Made by a program: the position numbers and the translations under genes. A stretch of DNA of 64,000 nt, taken from IMG/VR virus record IMGVR_UViG_3300020048_000069; one strand, written 5' to 3'. This document shows positions 1-8,597 of the stretch, piece by piece. This DNA is from an uncultured virus (IMG/VR IMGVR_UViG_3300020048_000069). Taxonomy: Duplodnaviria > Heunggongvirae > Uroviricota > Caudoviricetes. Every line of letters begins with the position of its first letter. Positions within the stretch are counted from its first letter, which is position 1. Below the pieces are notes generated by a model that searched no databases, was not told the origin of the DNA, and saw only the letters and a program-made list of their open reading frames with translations.

Positions 1-876
1 GTTTGAAACCCATTGATATTGTGCAAGACCATGATTGCATTGAAACCCACGTGGAGGGTGCAAGACCAACGTCTCTGTGAAACCCATGCAGCACGTGCAA
101 GACCATCATCCAAATGAAACCCAAGCAATGCGTGCAAGACCATCATCCAAATGAAACCCAACAAGAAAATGCAAGACCACAGATGCACTGAAACCCATTT
201 CTTTTATGCAAGACCAGTGTCATGATGAAACCCATTATAGCCATGCAAGACCATGGTACTTCTGAAACCCAGGCGCTCCGTGCAAGACTATTCCTGAGAT
301 GAAATCCATTGAGAATGTGCAAGACCGTATCTTTCTTGAAACCCAAGATGGCTGTGCAAGACCAGGCCTTTTTTGAAACCTACTACACCAATGCAAGACC
401 ATCGCAAGTTTGAAACCCATTGATATTGTGCAAGACCATGGTGATTTTGAAACCCAGGAGAAGTTTGCAAGACCAGGATTTTTCTGAAACCCACAATAGG
501 GATGCAATACCACTCTGATTCTGAAACCCATTAGAACTGTGCAAGACCACTGATAACGCGAAACCCACTTGGAGGGTGCAAGACTATTGATCCTGTGAAA
601 CCCAAAGCAGTAATGCAAGACCATTGACCGAATGAAACCCAGAAGGTTTGTGCAAGACCAGTGTTTTTTTGAAACCCACAATAGGGATGCAAGACCATCG
701 CTCCTGTGAAACCCAATACAACCATGCAATACCATTGACCGAATGAAACCCAGGTGAAGTTTGCAATACCAGGATTTTTTTGAAACCCAGTAGAACGATG
801 CAAGACTGCTGTCAAAATGAAACCCACAAGGCAAGTGCAAGTCCACTTGACGATTGAAACCCATTAGGTTTTTGCA
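1..876 (+). repeat. TIGR-like dual-repeat guide-RNA array: [TGAAACCCA-N9-TGCAAGACCA-N9]n, 37-bp period, truncated by the window's left edge
   Basis: TGAAACCCA (or a 1-mismatch variant) starts at 4, 41, 78 ... 818, 855: 24 copies exactly 37 bp apart. 23 TGCAAGACCA-type repeats lie between them, and every spacer is 9 nt. The last second-type repeat decays into TGCAAAAAAA at 873. Strand is inferred from the downstream gene and the TG...CCA repeat ends. Confidence 0.9.
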
Positions 877-908
877 AAAAAAACCACTAACCCAATTAGG
901 AGAATCTT

Positions 909-1820
909 ATGTTAATCGAAGAACTGAAAACCCAGTACGACAAAGTAAAGGTGTCGGCTATCGAAGCCGATTGCAAAAATGCACTCAGCATATCTGCGCT
1001 GAACAGGGGTGATTTCATCCTCAAGCTGTATTACCTGGAGACGACCAAGCGTTTCAAGGAAAATAAAGTGTACAAGAACGATACCTTTGAGACGTATATC
1101 ATGCGTCTCTTTAACCTGCGATACAGCACGTTCAACAGGGAGAGGTTCGCCTTTATTGCTCACCCAGTCGCAACCGCCAAGTGGGGTGCCGGATTGATTG
1201 ACAAGATCAAAAACGACTGCGGCGCCGGGAAGGTGACTGATGTTATCCAGGCCATTGATGCAATTCCGAATATTGATCGTGCTGGCATCGACAGAATTAT
1301 CTCCAGTTTTAGGAAACCAAAAGTCGAGACCAAAACGACTGTTGAGGATACCAAACATGATCTGGAGCAAACGAATATCAAGAAGCAAAAGCAGATTGCT
1401 GAATATATTCAAACTGTGAACGAATTGACGGATCAACGAGAGCGGATGAAAGATACGATCATTCGGAAGGAAGTTGAAAATGTTGAATTGTCTGCTAAAA
1501 TCAACACTCTGATTGCAGGTGTTGGTAACGTTGACGAACGAATCAGTAAACTGATGACTGAAAACGCTGAGCATATAGGATTGAATGAACTGGCAATGAG
1601 TGAAATCGAAACATTGAAAGCTGAAAATGTTAAAAATATTCAGCTTATCCATGCTTTGAAAGCTGAGAACTTCGGATATATGCAAACGATTAGAGAACAG
1701 ACTGCGACAATAGAGCGACTGAAGGCTGAAAATGGTTCGCTCAGAGGCCAGCAGTTACCGGCGTTTATGCGGCATACTACTCAGCATGGACAGTTCAGAA
1801 ATCAAAATGCTCATGTCTGA
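909..1820 (+). CDS. Hypothetical phage protein: N-terminal putative DNA-binding region (DUF3102-like) and long C-terminal coiled coil
   Basis: AGGAG RBS before the ATG; motif KVYKNDTFETYIMRLFNLRYST; heptad-rich C-terminal half. No Nop, RuvC or HNH motifs seen. Confidence 0.75.
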   Translation: MLIEELKTQYDKVKVSAIEADCKNALSISALNRGDFILKLYYLETTKRFKENKVYKNDTFETYIMRLFNLRYSTFNRERFAFIAHPVATAKWGAGLIDKIKNDCGAGKVTDVIQAIDAIPNIDRAGIDRIISSFRKPKVETKTTVEDTKHDLEQTNIKKQKQIAEYIQTVNELTDQRERMKDTIIRKEVENVELSAKINTLIAGVGNVDERISKLMTENAEHIGLNELAMSEIETLKAENVKNIQLIHALKAENFGYMQTIREQTATIERLKAENGSLRGQQLPAFMRHTTQHGQFRNQNAHV

Positions 1821-2318
1821 TCCCTGAAAACAAAAATCCCGCAATATGGGTATTTTTCTTGAATTTTTACCTATATTTTAAAGATATGTCGGTTGTGTAC
1901 TCATGTTGAAAAGGATCAGGCAAATGTCAAGTTATGCGATTTTCGTAGTCGGTGTTATTTGCGGGGTGTTTCTGACTGTGATTGTTTACGAAAACATGTT
2001 GTATCACGACGAGAAGAAGAAAAAGTGGAGGTGGTGATGATACTAAAAATTCTATATTGTTTGTTCCTGATATTGATCCATTGCAATTATTTCGTAATTT
2101 TCGGTTTCCTGGTGTTCATGTCGTTCATCAACAGTTTCAAAAGAAAGGATTACGGACATGATTTCAAAATGCACTTGTCAACATGAGTTCCAGGACGCGC
2201 GTTACGGTAAATTCAACCGCGTTTTTAACGTCTGCACAAACTCAAAAATCCGGTGTTCAGTTTGTTTGAAGCAGGACGTTTCTTCGGAAAAAACGAAAGA
2301 AAAAAAGTGAAATAGTAG

Positions 2319-2338
2319 CGAATATTCGCGAATATTCG
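2319..2338. promoter_or_regulatory. 20-bp perfect palindrome (tandem CGAATATTCG x2), candidate operator
   Basis: CGAATATTCGCGAATATTCG read directly in intergenic DNA. Confidence 0.4.
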
Positions 2339-2374
2339 TAAAGGAGAGCAAATATACTTAGTAAAATCAAATAG

Positions 2375-2415
2375 AAACGGGTGATTCAGATTTAATCTGT
2401 TTCACCCGTTTTTTT
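2375..2415. terminator. Intrinsic terminator between convergent units, possibly bidirectional
   Basis: AAACGGGTGA-TT-CAGAT-TTA-ATCTG-TT-TCACCCGTTT followed by a T run; just past the stop of the minus-strand operon. Confidence 0.75.
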
Positions 2416-2426
2416 ATAAGAGTAGT

Positions 2427-2675
2427 TCACTTCAGTTTTTTGATCCAGCTCCAGCCAATCTCTATCCCACAAGATTTGATTGCATCCATGCTCTTGATGA
2501 GTTGGCGGGATGATTTTGTAACATCTCCAATTCTCAGCAAGCCATTGTGACATCTCAATTCTGTCAGCGCGGCGGTGCGCATATCTTGTCTGGCATCGTA
2601 GGAATTGGATTCAACGGCAATCAAAAACTTACCGAATGGGGATGTTATCACAGATTTGTAAATTGCCAGCTTCAT
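2427..2675 (-). CDS. Hypothetical protein (probable start MKLAIYK)
   Basis: Last gene of a tightly packed minus-strand cluster; GGAG RBS; overlaps the upstream stop (ATGA). Confidence 0.6.
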   Translation of the reverse strand: MKLAIYKSVITSPFGKFLIAVESNSYDARQDMRTAALTELRCHNGLLRIGDVTKSSRQLIKSMDAIKSCGIEIGWSWIKKLK

Positions 2676-2992
2676 ATTTTTTCTCCAATCCAAAACGGAC
2701 AGTACTCATTTGGTTGATCCTCCACCCATTCTCCAGCGCGCTGTCTATCTATCCAATCAATCCATTCCGGAGCATCAAAATCCGGATAACATTGGCCTTG
2801 AACCGGCCATTGTTTGTAAATGGCACAACTCGGTTTCAGGCACTTCAGATGAGACGCGGTGTGTCCTTCCCAGCGTTTCAATGCTCCAATCTTCCCATTT
2901 TGGCGGCAGGAAGCTGTTTTTTTTTCGTTTTTTGCCTTACCGCCTTTGCGTCCCATAGCAGCGGCGGCAATGCTGATTTCTTCATTCTTCAT
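2672..2992 (-). CDS. Small basic protein with KGG-type motif
   Basis: AAAAMGRKGGKAKNEKKTASCRQNGKIG; ATGA overlap with the upstream gene. Confidence 0.65.
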   Translation of the reverse strand: MKNEEISIAAAAMGRKGGKAKNEKKTASCRQNGKIGALKRWEGHTASHLKCLKPSCAIYKQWPVQGQCYPDFDAPEWIDWIDRQRAGEWVEDQPNEYCPFWIGEKI

Positions 2993-3381
2993 TCGTCAGC
3001 CTCGCTATATGCAAAACTGAATTCTGGGTCTCCATGCTCCCCCCAGCCATAATGTTCCTCAATATCAGCAAGGCTGCACTTGCATCCAAAAGACAAATCC
3101 CCAGGATAAACCATTATTCCGCAAACAGGACAAAACGGATAATTTTCTCTGGATACGAATGTGCGGGTAGGATCGCCAATAGATGGGCCTGCAACACCAT
3201 TATTTATTGATCGGAAGTAATCATCCCCCAGGTTGATCCAGTTATTGTCATGGGGTATTGAGGACTTAATATCTAATGATTGCTCGCCGTCTCCCATGTT
3301 GGTAATCAGGATAATCTTTTTTGCATCGTCAAGTTGCATATTTGCTTCCTTCCCGGCGATTGCCTCGCCGGTGGTTATCAA
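2989..3381 (-). CDS. Hypothetical protein with CxxC/CxC zinc-finger-like motif
   Basis: CPVCG...CKC; packed between neighbouring genes; exact start uncertain. Confidence 0.6.
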   Translation of the reverse strand: MITTGEAIAGKEANMQLDDAKKIILITNMGDGEQSLDIKSSIPHDNNWINLGDDYFRSINNGVAGPSIGDPTRTFVSRENYPFCPVCGIMVYPGDLSFGCKCSLADIEEHYGWGEHGDPEFSFAYSEADE

Positions 3382-3383
3382 TT

Positions 3384-3578
3384 TTACGCCGTCCTGATAA
3401 CGTCGGCTTCATTAATGAGATAGGTCGCCTCGCCGATTTCTAATTCCATAAGGTCGTTCATTTCGTTAACCGAGAGATCGTCAAATTCAATATGTTTGTC
3501 AAATCTGTATCCATTCGACAAATAAACTTGGAATTCCTGCCGTTTTACTCTCTGCATTTCTCTGGCTTTTTTTAACAT
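3384..3578 (-). CDS. Hypothetical protein
   Basis: Strong RBS GCAAAGGAGAGAAC-ATG. Confidence 0.65.
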   Translation of the reverse strand: MLKKAREMQRVKRQEFQVYLSNGYRFDKHIEFDDLSVNEMNDLMELEIGEATYLINEADVIRTA

Positions 3579-3617
3579 GTTCTCTCCTTTGCCCCCTTCG
3601 GGGCGGTGATTGTATTA

Positions 3618-3794
3618 TCAAATGCTCCCTACATACGGGTTTGTATCATTATCGTTATAATCGTCATGATTCCAAACGTGAGCAATCCAGGGATACCGAT
3701 CAACAGGCCAGTCACACGAGCAGAATAATCTTGCCAACCTTTGACTCATTGGCCAGTATTGTTTCTCTTTATCTGTAAAATATACCTTTTTCAT
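3618..3794 (-). CDS. 58-aa hypothetical protein missing from the ORF track (MKKVYFTDKEKQYWPMSQRLARLFCSCDWP...)
   Basis: Translated by hand; RBS GCAAAGGAGAGAAACT-ATG matches the leader of 3384..3578. Confidence 0.6.
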   Translation of the reverse strand: MKKVYFTDKEKQYWPMSQRLARLFCSCDWPVDRYPWIAHVWNHDDYNDNDTNPYVGSI

Positions 3795-4031
3795 AGTTTC
3801 TCTCCTTTGCTTTTGGGTTCTAACTTGATTTTACACTGGTGTAATACAATTTTTAAGCCATGCCAAAACGTTTTGCTAATATTTTTTATAAACTATTGAA
3901 ACATAAGGATATATATATTTTTCATGGCAAAAACGAATGGATAACAAGTATCCAATAGCTTTACAAAACTGGATACTTGTGTAAAAAGTATGCGGATATA
4001 GTGGGTAATAAGTATCCAGTTCATTTTTTTC

Positions 4032-4059
4032 TTGACATATAGTGCAATGTGTGTATCAT
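4032..4059 (+). promoter_or_regulatory. Sigma70-type promoter for the packaging operon
   Basis: TTGACA-16 nt-TATCAT, 53 bp upstream of terS. Confidence 0.55.
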
Positions 4060-4067
4060 GTAGAAAA

Positions 4068-4109
4068 TGAGACACTTTTGAGACATGAGACACTTTGTGA
4101 GACACTTTT
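4068..4109 (+). repeat. Four TGAGACA(CTTT) direct repeats just upstream of terS
   Basis: TGAGACA at 4068, 4079, 4086 and 4098. Confidence 0.8.
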
Positions 4110-4112
4110 CCA

Positions 4113-4526
4113 ATGGCAAACTATAACGGGCTATCTCCGAAAGAAAAATTGTTTGTTACCGAATACATGATAGACCTCAATGCGTCGCAGGCATTTCATC
4201 GTGCTGGGTATAAAGGTAAACGGTTAAATGCAGGTGCGGGTAAGCTAATGTCAAAAGATAACATTCGTGAAGCAATCAAAGAAGCGCAGGAAGAAAGATC
4301 AAAAAGAACAATAATTACAATAGATAAGGTACTGACTGACATCGAGCTAATAAAAGCAGATGCTATGAAAGAGATTGATGGTAAGATGGCTGATAGAGCC
4401 GCAGCACTAAAAGGCTGTGAATTGCTCGGTAAACATCTGAAAATGTTCACCGATAAGGTCGAACACACCGGCGCTAATGGCAAACCACTATTTGAAAAAA
4501 TCACAATTGAACTGGTACATGTCTGA
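4113..4526 (+). CDS. terS: Terminase small subunit
   Basis: LSPKEKLFVTEYMIDLNASQAFHRAGY HTH start; ELLGKHLKMFTDKVEHTG end; overlaps terL. Confidence 0.92.
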   Translation: MANYNGLSPKEKLFVTEYMIDLNASQAFHRAGYKGKRLNAGAGKLMSKDNIREAIKEAQEERSKRTIITIDKVLTDIELIKADAMKEIDGKMADRAAALKGCELLGKHLKMFTDKVEHTGANGKPLFEKITIELVHV

Positions 4527-5827
4527 TGGCTGTGTTACGCGCTAAGTTTCCAGATAAAACAGGATTCCTTTTTGAGCCACATCGCTACAAATGCTTAATG
4601 GGTGGACGAGGAAGCGGAAAGAGCTATGCTATAGCGCGGTTCTTGCTGATAGAAGGATTATCTCGCAACGTTCGAGTGCTTTGCACACGAGAAGTCCAAA
4701 AGAGTATCCGGGATAGTGTTAAGCGCCTGCTTGATGATCAGATAGAAATCATGGGTCTCGGACAGCATTATCAATCTCTGGAGACAGAGATACGCGGCAA
4801 AAACGGTACGCTGTTTCTGTTTAATGGCCTATCAAATGAAACAGTTGAGAGTTTGAAAAGCTATGAAAATATTACATATTGCTGGTGCGAAGAGGCACAA
4901 AGCATAAGTAAACGTTCATGGGATGTACTAATCCCGACTATCAGAGCAGACGGTTCTGAGATTATTATGTCGTTCAATCCACAACTCGAATCCGATGAAA
5001 CATACCAGCGTTTCATAGTTAACCCCCCTCCTGATTGTGTCTCAGCGCACATGTCATATAAAGACAATCCTTGGTTTCCTGATGTGCTGGAGCAGGAGCG
5101 CAAGCACTGTGAACGAGCTAACCCAGATGATTATCCTAATATATGGCTCGGTCTTTGTAAACCCGCAGTGGCAGGCGCAATTTTTTTCAAAGAAATCCAG
5201 GCGGCACAACTTGAAAATCGTATTTGCCGAGTGCCATACGATCCACTATTAAAGGTGCATGTCGTGTTCGATCTTGGCTTCAACGATTTGATGGCGATTG
5301 GCCTCGTTCAGAAATTTCAGTCAGATATACGAATTATAAGGTATATGGAGGGTAGGGGGCAGACGCTTGCGGCCTACTCAAGCGATTTGAGAACGTTAAA
5401 TTTTAATTGGGGACGCTGCTGGTTGCCACATGACGGATATTCGAGGGATTTTAAGACCGGACACTCATCTGCTGAGATTATGCGGAGCCTGGGATGGGAC
5501 GTGCCAGATCGTTCGGAAATTGTCGAATTATCGGTTGAAGAGGGGATTCGAACAGTTCGGATGACGTTCCCGCAGATAGTTTTCGACGAAGAAAATACCG
5601 TAGATTTGGTTGAATGTCTGAAACGCTATCGGCGGCAGATAAACAGGCAGACGCAGGTAGCTGGTGCTCCGCTACATGACGATTTTTCGAATGGTGCTGA
5701 TTTTTTACGCTATACTTGCGTTAATGCGCCGCAGATGACGAATGATTCAATTGACGACTATTGGGCTGATAGCCAGAACCATCATAGATATAACAGTGAC
5801 AGCGTGAACCAATCAACGGGATACTGA
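4526..5827 (+). CDS. terL: Terminase large subunit (PBSX/Terminase_3-like)
   Basis: Walker A GGRGSGKS, Walker B CWCEEA, SFNP coupling motif, nuclease FDLG and HDD..D. Confidence 0.95.
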   Translation: MAVLRAKFPDKTGFLFEPHRYKCLMGGRGSGKSYAIARFLLIEGLSRNVRVLCTREVQKSIRDSVKRLLDDQIEIMGLGQHYQSLETEIRGKNGTLFLFNGLSNETVESLKSYENITYCWCEEAQSISKRSWDVLIPTIRADGSEIIMSFNPQLESDETYQRFIVNPPPDCVSAHMSYKDNPWFPDVLEQERKHCERANPDDYPNIWLGLCKPAVAGAIFFKEIQAAQLENRICRVPYDPLLKVHVVFDLGFNDLMAIGLVQKFQSDIRIIRYMEGRGQTLAAYSSDLRTLNFNWGRCWLPHDGYSRDFKTGHSSAEIMRSLGWDVPDRSEIVELSVEEGIRTVRMTFPQIVFDEENTVDLVECLKRYRRQINRQTQVAGAPLHDDFSNGADFLRYTCVNAPQMTNDSIDDYWADSQNHHRYNSDSVNQSTGY

Positions 5828-5828
5828 C

Positions 5829-6071
5829 ATGCAAGATTGTGATGATAGTCCAGATGATAAGATAGGCGATAAACCAGATGGTAGTCCAGATGATGATATA
5901 TATGGTATGCCTGTGTCTGCTATAGAGCAGGAGCGATATGAGAAAGAATTATTAGGCGAATTACCACCAACAAGTTTTACAACATTTTTGTGGGCGCGCA
6001 TTAAAGAAATAGCACCGGATAAGTTTGTACACAAAAATAAAATCAATATGGACTGGAGTACATTAACGTAA
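5829..6071 (+). CDS. Small acidic hypothetical protein
   Basis: Starts 1 nt after the terL stop; followed by a terminator. Confidence 0.45.
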   Translation: MQDCDDSPDDKIGDKPDGSPDDDIYGMPVSAIEQERYEKELLGELPPTSFTTFLWARIKEIAPDKFVHKNKINMDWSTLT

Positions 6072-6123
6072 TCATCCGAGAGTGTTTGATTGCGATTACC
6101 GAGTAAGAGAAGCGCCTTATAGG

Positions 6124-6173
6124 AGGCCGGAAGATCAAGGGATAGTTATCTCCTGATGTTTCGGCCTTTTTTT
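6124..6173 (+). terminator. Long-stem intrinsic terminator after the terminase genes
   Basis: AGGCCGGAAGATCAAGGGATA-GT-TATCTCCTGATGTTTCGGCCT plus T run. Confidence 0.75.
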
Positions 6174-6391
6174 GTTTTGTAATTAGCCAAACGAGTTGGC
6201 TGGGGAGAAATCTTGAATGTTAACTTCTATACAATAGTTAACATTCGTCAAAATCAATTAAAAGTAATCATATCTTATACTTAATGCTGTTTTTCTTAAA
6301 ATTGGTTTTTGGGATATATTTTTTAGCATTAAGTTTTATTCATGAGAACAGCAAAAGATAACATTCAGCCAACTCAAATGGATTTATAGAA

Positions 6392-8593
6392 ATGCCAATA
6401 ATCCCACAAGAAATTCCCAATGACCCACAGGCGCAGGCGCTCGGCCAATTTCCATATTCTGATGAGCAGGCAATTCAGCAAAAGCCGCAGGTTGACGTGG
6501 TATCTCAGCTCAATGCTCAATTCGCAATGACGAATATCGCAGATAATTTATCCAAAGAAAAACTGGCGACTATCGGACAGCGGGTTCTTGACGATTTCGA
6601 TGCAGATAAAAACAGCCGGGTTGACTGGGAGAAAGAACAAGAAGCTATCGCCAAAATTGCAGGCATGACGACTGAGATAAAACACTGGGCTGGTAAGGTT
6701 GTATCGAATGTCAAATACCCAATGATTATGAGCGCGGCAATCCATTTTGCATCAAGAGCATATCCAGAAATCGTGAAAGGTCGTGATGTTGTCAAATGCG
6801 CCGTGGTCGGCAAAGATACTGATGGCCAAAAGGCGGCAAAGGCAAGCCGTGTCGGACAGCACATGTCATATCAAATTCTCGAAGAAATGGATTGGGAATC
6901 TGAACTGGATCAGATGCTTATGACATATTCAATCACAGGCAGCGAGTTCAAAAAAACATATTACTGTCCGATCAAAGAGAAGAACGTCTCAGAGTTGGTG
7001 ATGTCTAAAGACCTGGTTGTTGACTATTGGAGCAAGTCCATAGAAACCGCTGCAAGGGTAACACACATCCTTGAAATGAGTCGTAATGACATCATAGAGC
7101 GGATCAACATGGGGGTGTTCCGTGGTGATCTCACGATTGACGATTTCGGGTATCCTGAACAAGATGAAGAAACAATCACGTCTATAAATGATGAGGATTC
7201 GCCTCATACGTTTTTGGAGCAACACCGAAGCCTTGATCTAGATGACGATGGATACCAGGAGCCGTACATTGTGACTGTACATAAACAGACTGCAATCGTT
7301 GTCCGGGTCTGTGCAAGGTATGATGTGGCTGGTATTAAAGTATCTGATTCAGGACAGATGACGCGCATTGAACCAGTGTCTTATTTCACGCATTTCAAAT
7401 TTATGCCTGCCATTGACGGCGGATTTTACGGCATGGGGTTTGGCAAGTTATTGTTTGGCTTGAATAACGCTGTCAATGCAATCACAAATCAGCTCATTGA
7501 CGCAGGGACGGCCAATAACCGGATGTCCGGGTTTGTGGGTAGAGGCATCCAAATAGGCCGCACATCTGCAAGTACAGACGGTTTTGCGCTCGGATCAGGT
7601 GAGTGGAAGTCCATCCCCAGCACTGGTGATGATGTCCGCAAAAATATCGTCCCAATGCCGAGCAAGGAACCATCGCATGTTTTGTTCACAATGCTGCAAT
7701 TTCTAATCGAAACAGGCAAAAGTCTATCGAACGTATCGGATATTTTATCTGGTGAATCACCGGGGCCTAACGTCCCAGCAGCGTCCACACTTGCGCTGAT
7801 CGAACAGGGGATGAAAGTATTCAGCGGCATCTTCAAACGATTGTACCGAAGTCTCAAGGACGAGTTCAGAAAAATTGCAAGGTTGAATCGCTTGTATCTG
7901 CCAGAAGAATCTTACTTTGCAATTCTTGACGATGAAATGGCGATATTTCAAGAAGATTATAGCGAAACGTCTCTGGATATTATTCCAATTGCAGACCCAA
8001 GCAATCTCTCTGATATGGGCCGGGCAATGAAAATGCAGGCATTGATGCAGCTCTCTGGTAAGGGCCTCAATGACATGGCAATTAAAAAGAGATTTCTCGA
8101 ATCGCTGAATATTGAAAACGTCGAAGAACTTCTTCCGAAAGAACCCGAAGGGCCGCCACCAATACCGCCGGAAGTCCAGGCAGCATTTGATAAGATCATG
8201 GCTGAGACTGAAAAGATAAAGATCGAAGCCGAGAAGATAAAACTCGAATCAGAAAAGATCAAAGTCGAAACTGTCACAAGTGCCGTTACATCGCAATTTA
8301 GCGCAATGCAGGCAGCTAATGTGATCGCAACATCACTAGGTACAGCTCCGATTGCTGATGCACTTCTTCTGAGTGCCGGTTTCGTTGATCGTAATGGGCC
8401 TCCGATTGTCCCGCAGGGATTAGCGCCGCAACCTGGACTTCCGCAACTCCCGCAGAACACATCGCCATTGTTTCCGGACAAGATCGCCAGTCCAGCACAG
8501 GGGATGAATATGGGGATTGAGACACCGGCTAATGACGGGTTGGTTCAACCTGGTACTGAGCAAGTTATGGTTCAGCCTGTGATGGAGGTGTAG
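6392..8593 (+). CDS. Portal protein
   Basis: 733 aa directly after terL; motifs NVKYPMI..AAIHFASRAYPE and GFYGMG.G; coiled-coil and Pro-rich C-terminus. Confidence 0.85.
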   Translation: MPIIPQEIPNDPQAQALGQFPYSDEQAIQQKPQVDVVSQLNAQFAMTNIADNLSKEKLATIGQRVLDDFDADKNSRVDWEKEQEAIAKIAGMTTEIKHWAGKVVSNVKYPMIMSAAIHFASRAYPEIVKGRDVVKCAVVGKDTDGQKAAKASRVGQHMSYQILEEMDWESELDQMLMTYSITGSEFKKTYYCPIKEKNVSELVMSKDLVVDYWSKSIETAARVTHILEMSRNDIIERINMGVFRGDLTIDDFGYPEQDEETITSINDEDSPHTFLEQHRSLDLDDDGYQEPYIVTVHKQTAIVVRVCARYDVAGIKVSDSGQMTRIEPVSYFTHFKFMPAIDGGFYGMGFGKLLFGLNNAVNAITNQLIDAGTANNRMSGFVGRGIQIGRTSASTDGFALGSGEWKSIPSTGDDVRKNIVPMPSKEPSHVLFTMLQFLIETGKSLSNVSDILSGESPGPNVPAASTLALIEQGMKVFSGIFKRLYRSLKDEFRKIARLNRLYLPEESYFAILDDEMAIFQEDYSETSLDIIPIADPSNLSDMGRAMKMQALMQLSGKGLNDMAIKKRFLESLNIENVEELLPKEPEGPPPIPPEVQAAFDKIMAETEKIKIEAEKIKLESEKIKVETVTSAVTSQFSAMQAANVIATSLGTAPIADALLLSAGFVDRNGPPIVPQGLAPQPGLPQLPQNTSPLFPDKIASPAQGMNMGIETPANDGLVQPGTEQVMVQPVMEV

Positions 8594-8597
8594 TGGC

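Noticed and set aside
143..864. Six minus-strand ORFs over the array
   Set aside because: Their recurring MGF/VLH/WVS/WSC motifs are translations of the 37-bp repeat cycling through frames; no RBS seen.
1..876. Calling the array a CRISPR
   Set aside because: It has two alternating 9-10-nt repeats with 9-nt spacers, not a 23-47-nt repeat with ~30-nt spacers, and there are no cas genes in the window.
909..1820. Calling this ORF the Tas effector
   Set aside because: No Nop-domain, RuvC or HNH motif is recognisable; adjacency alone is insufficient.
1893..2186. 97-aa + strand ORF in the intergenic gap
   Set aside because: TTG start without an RBS and atypical composition. A shorter hydrophobic ORF after GGAGG near 2037 is possible but unsupported.
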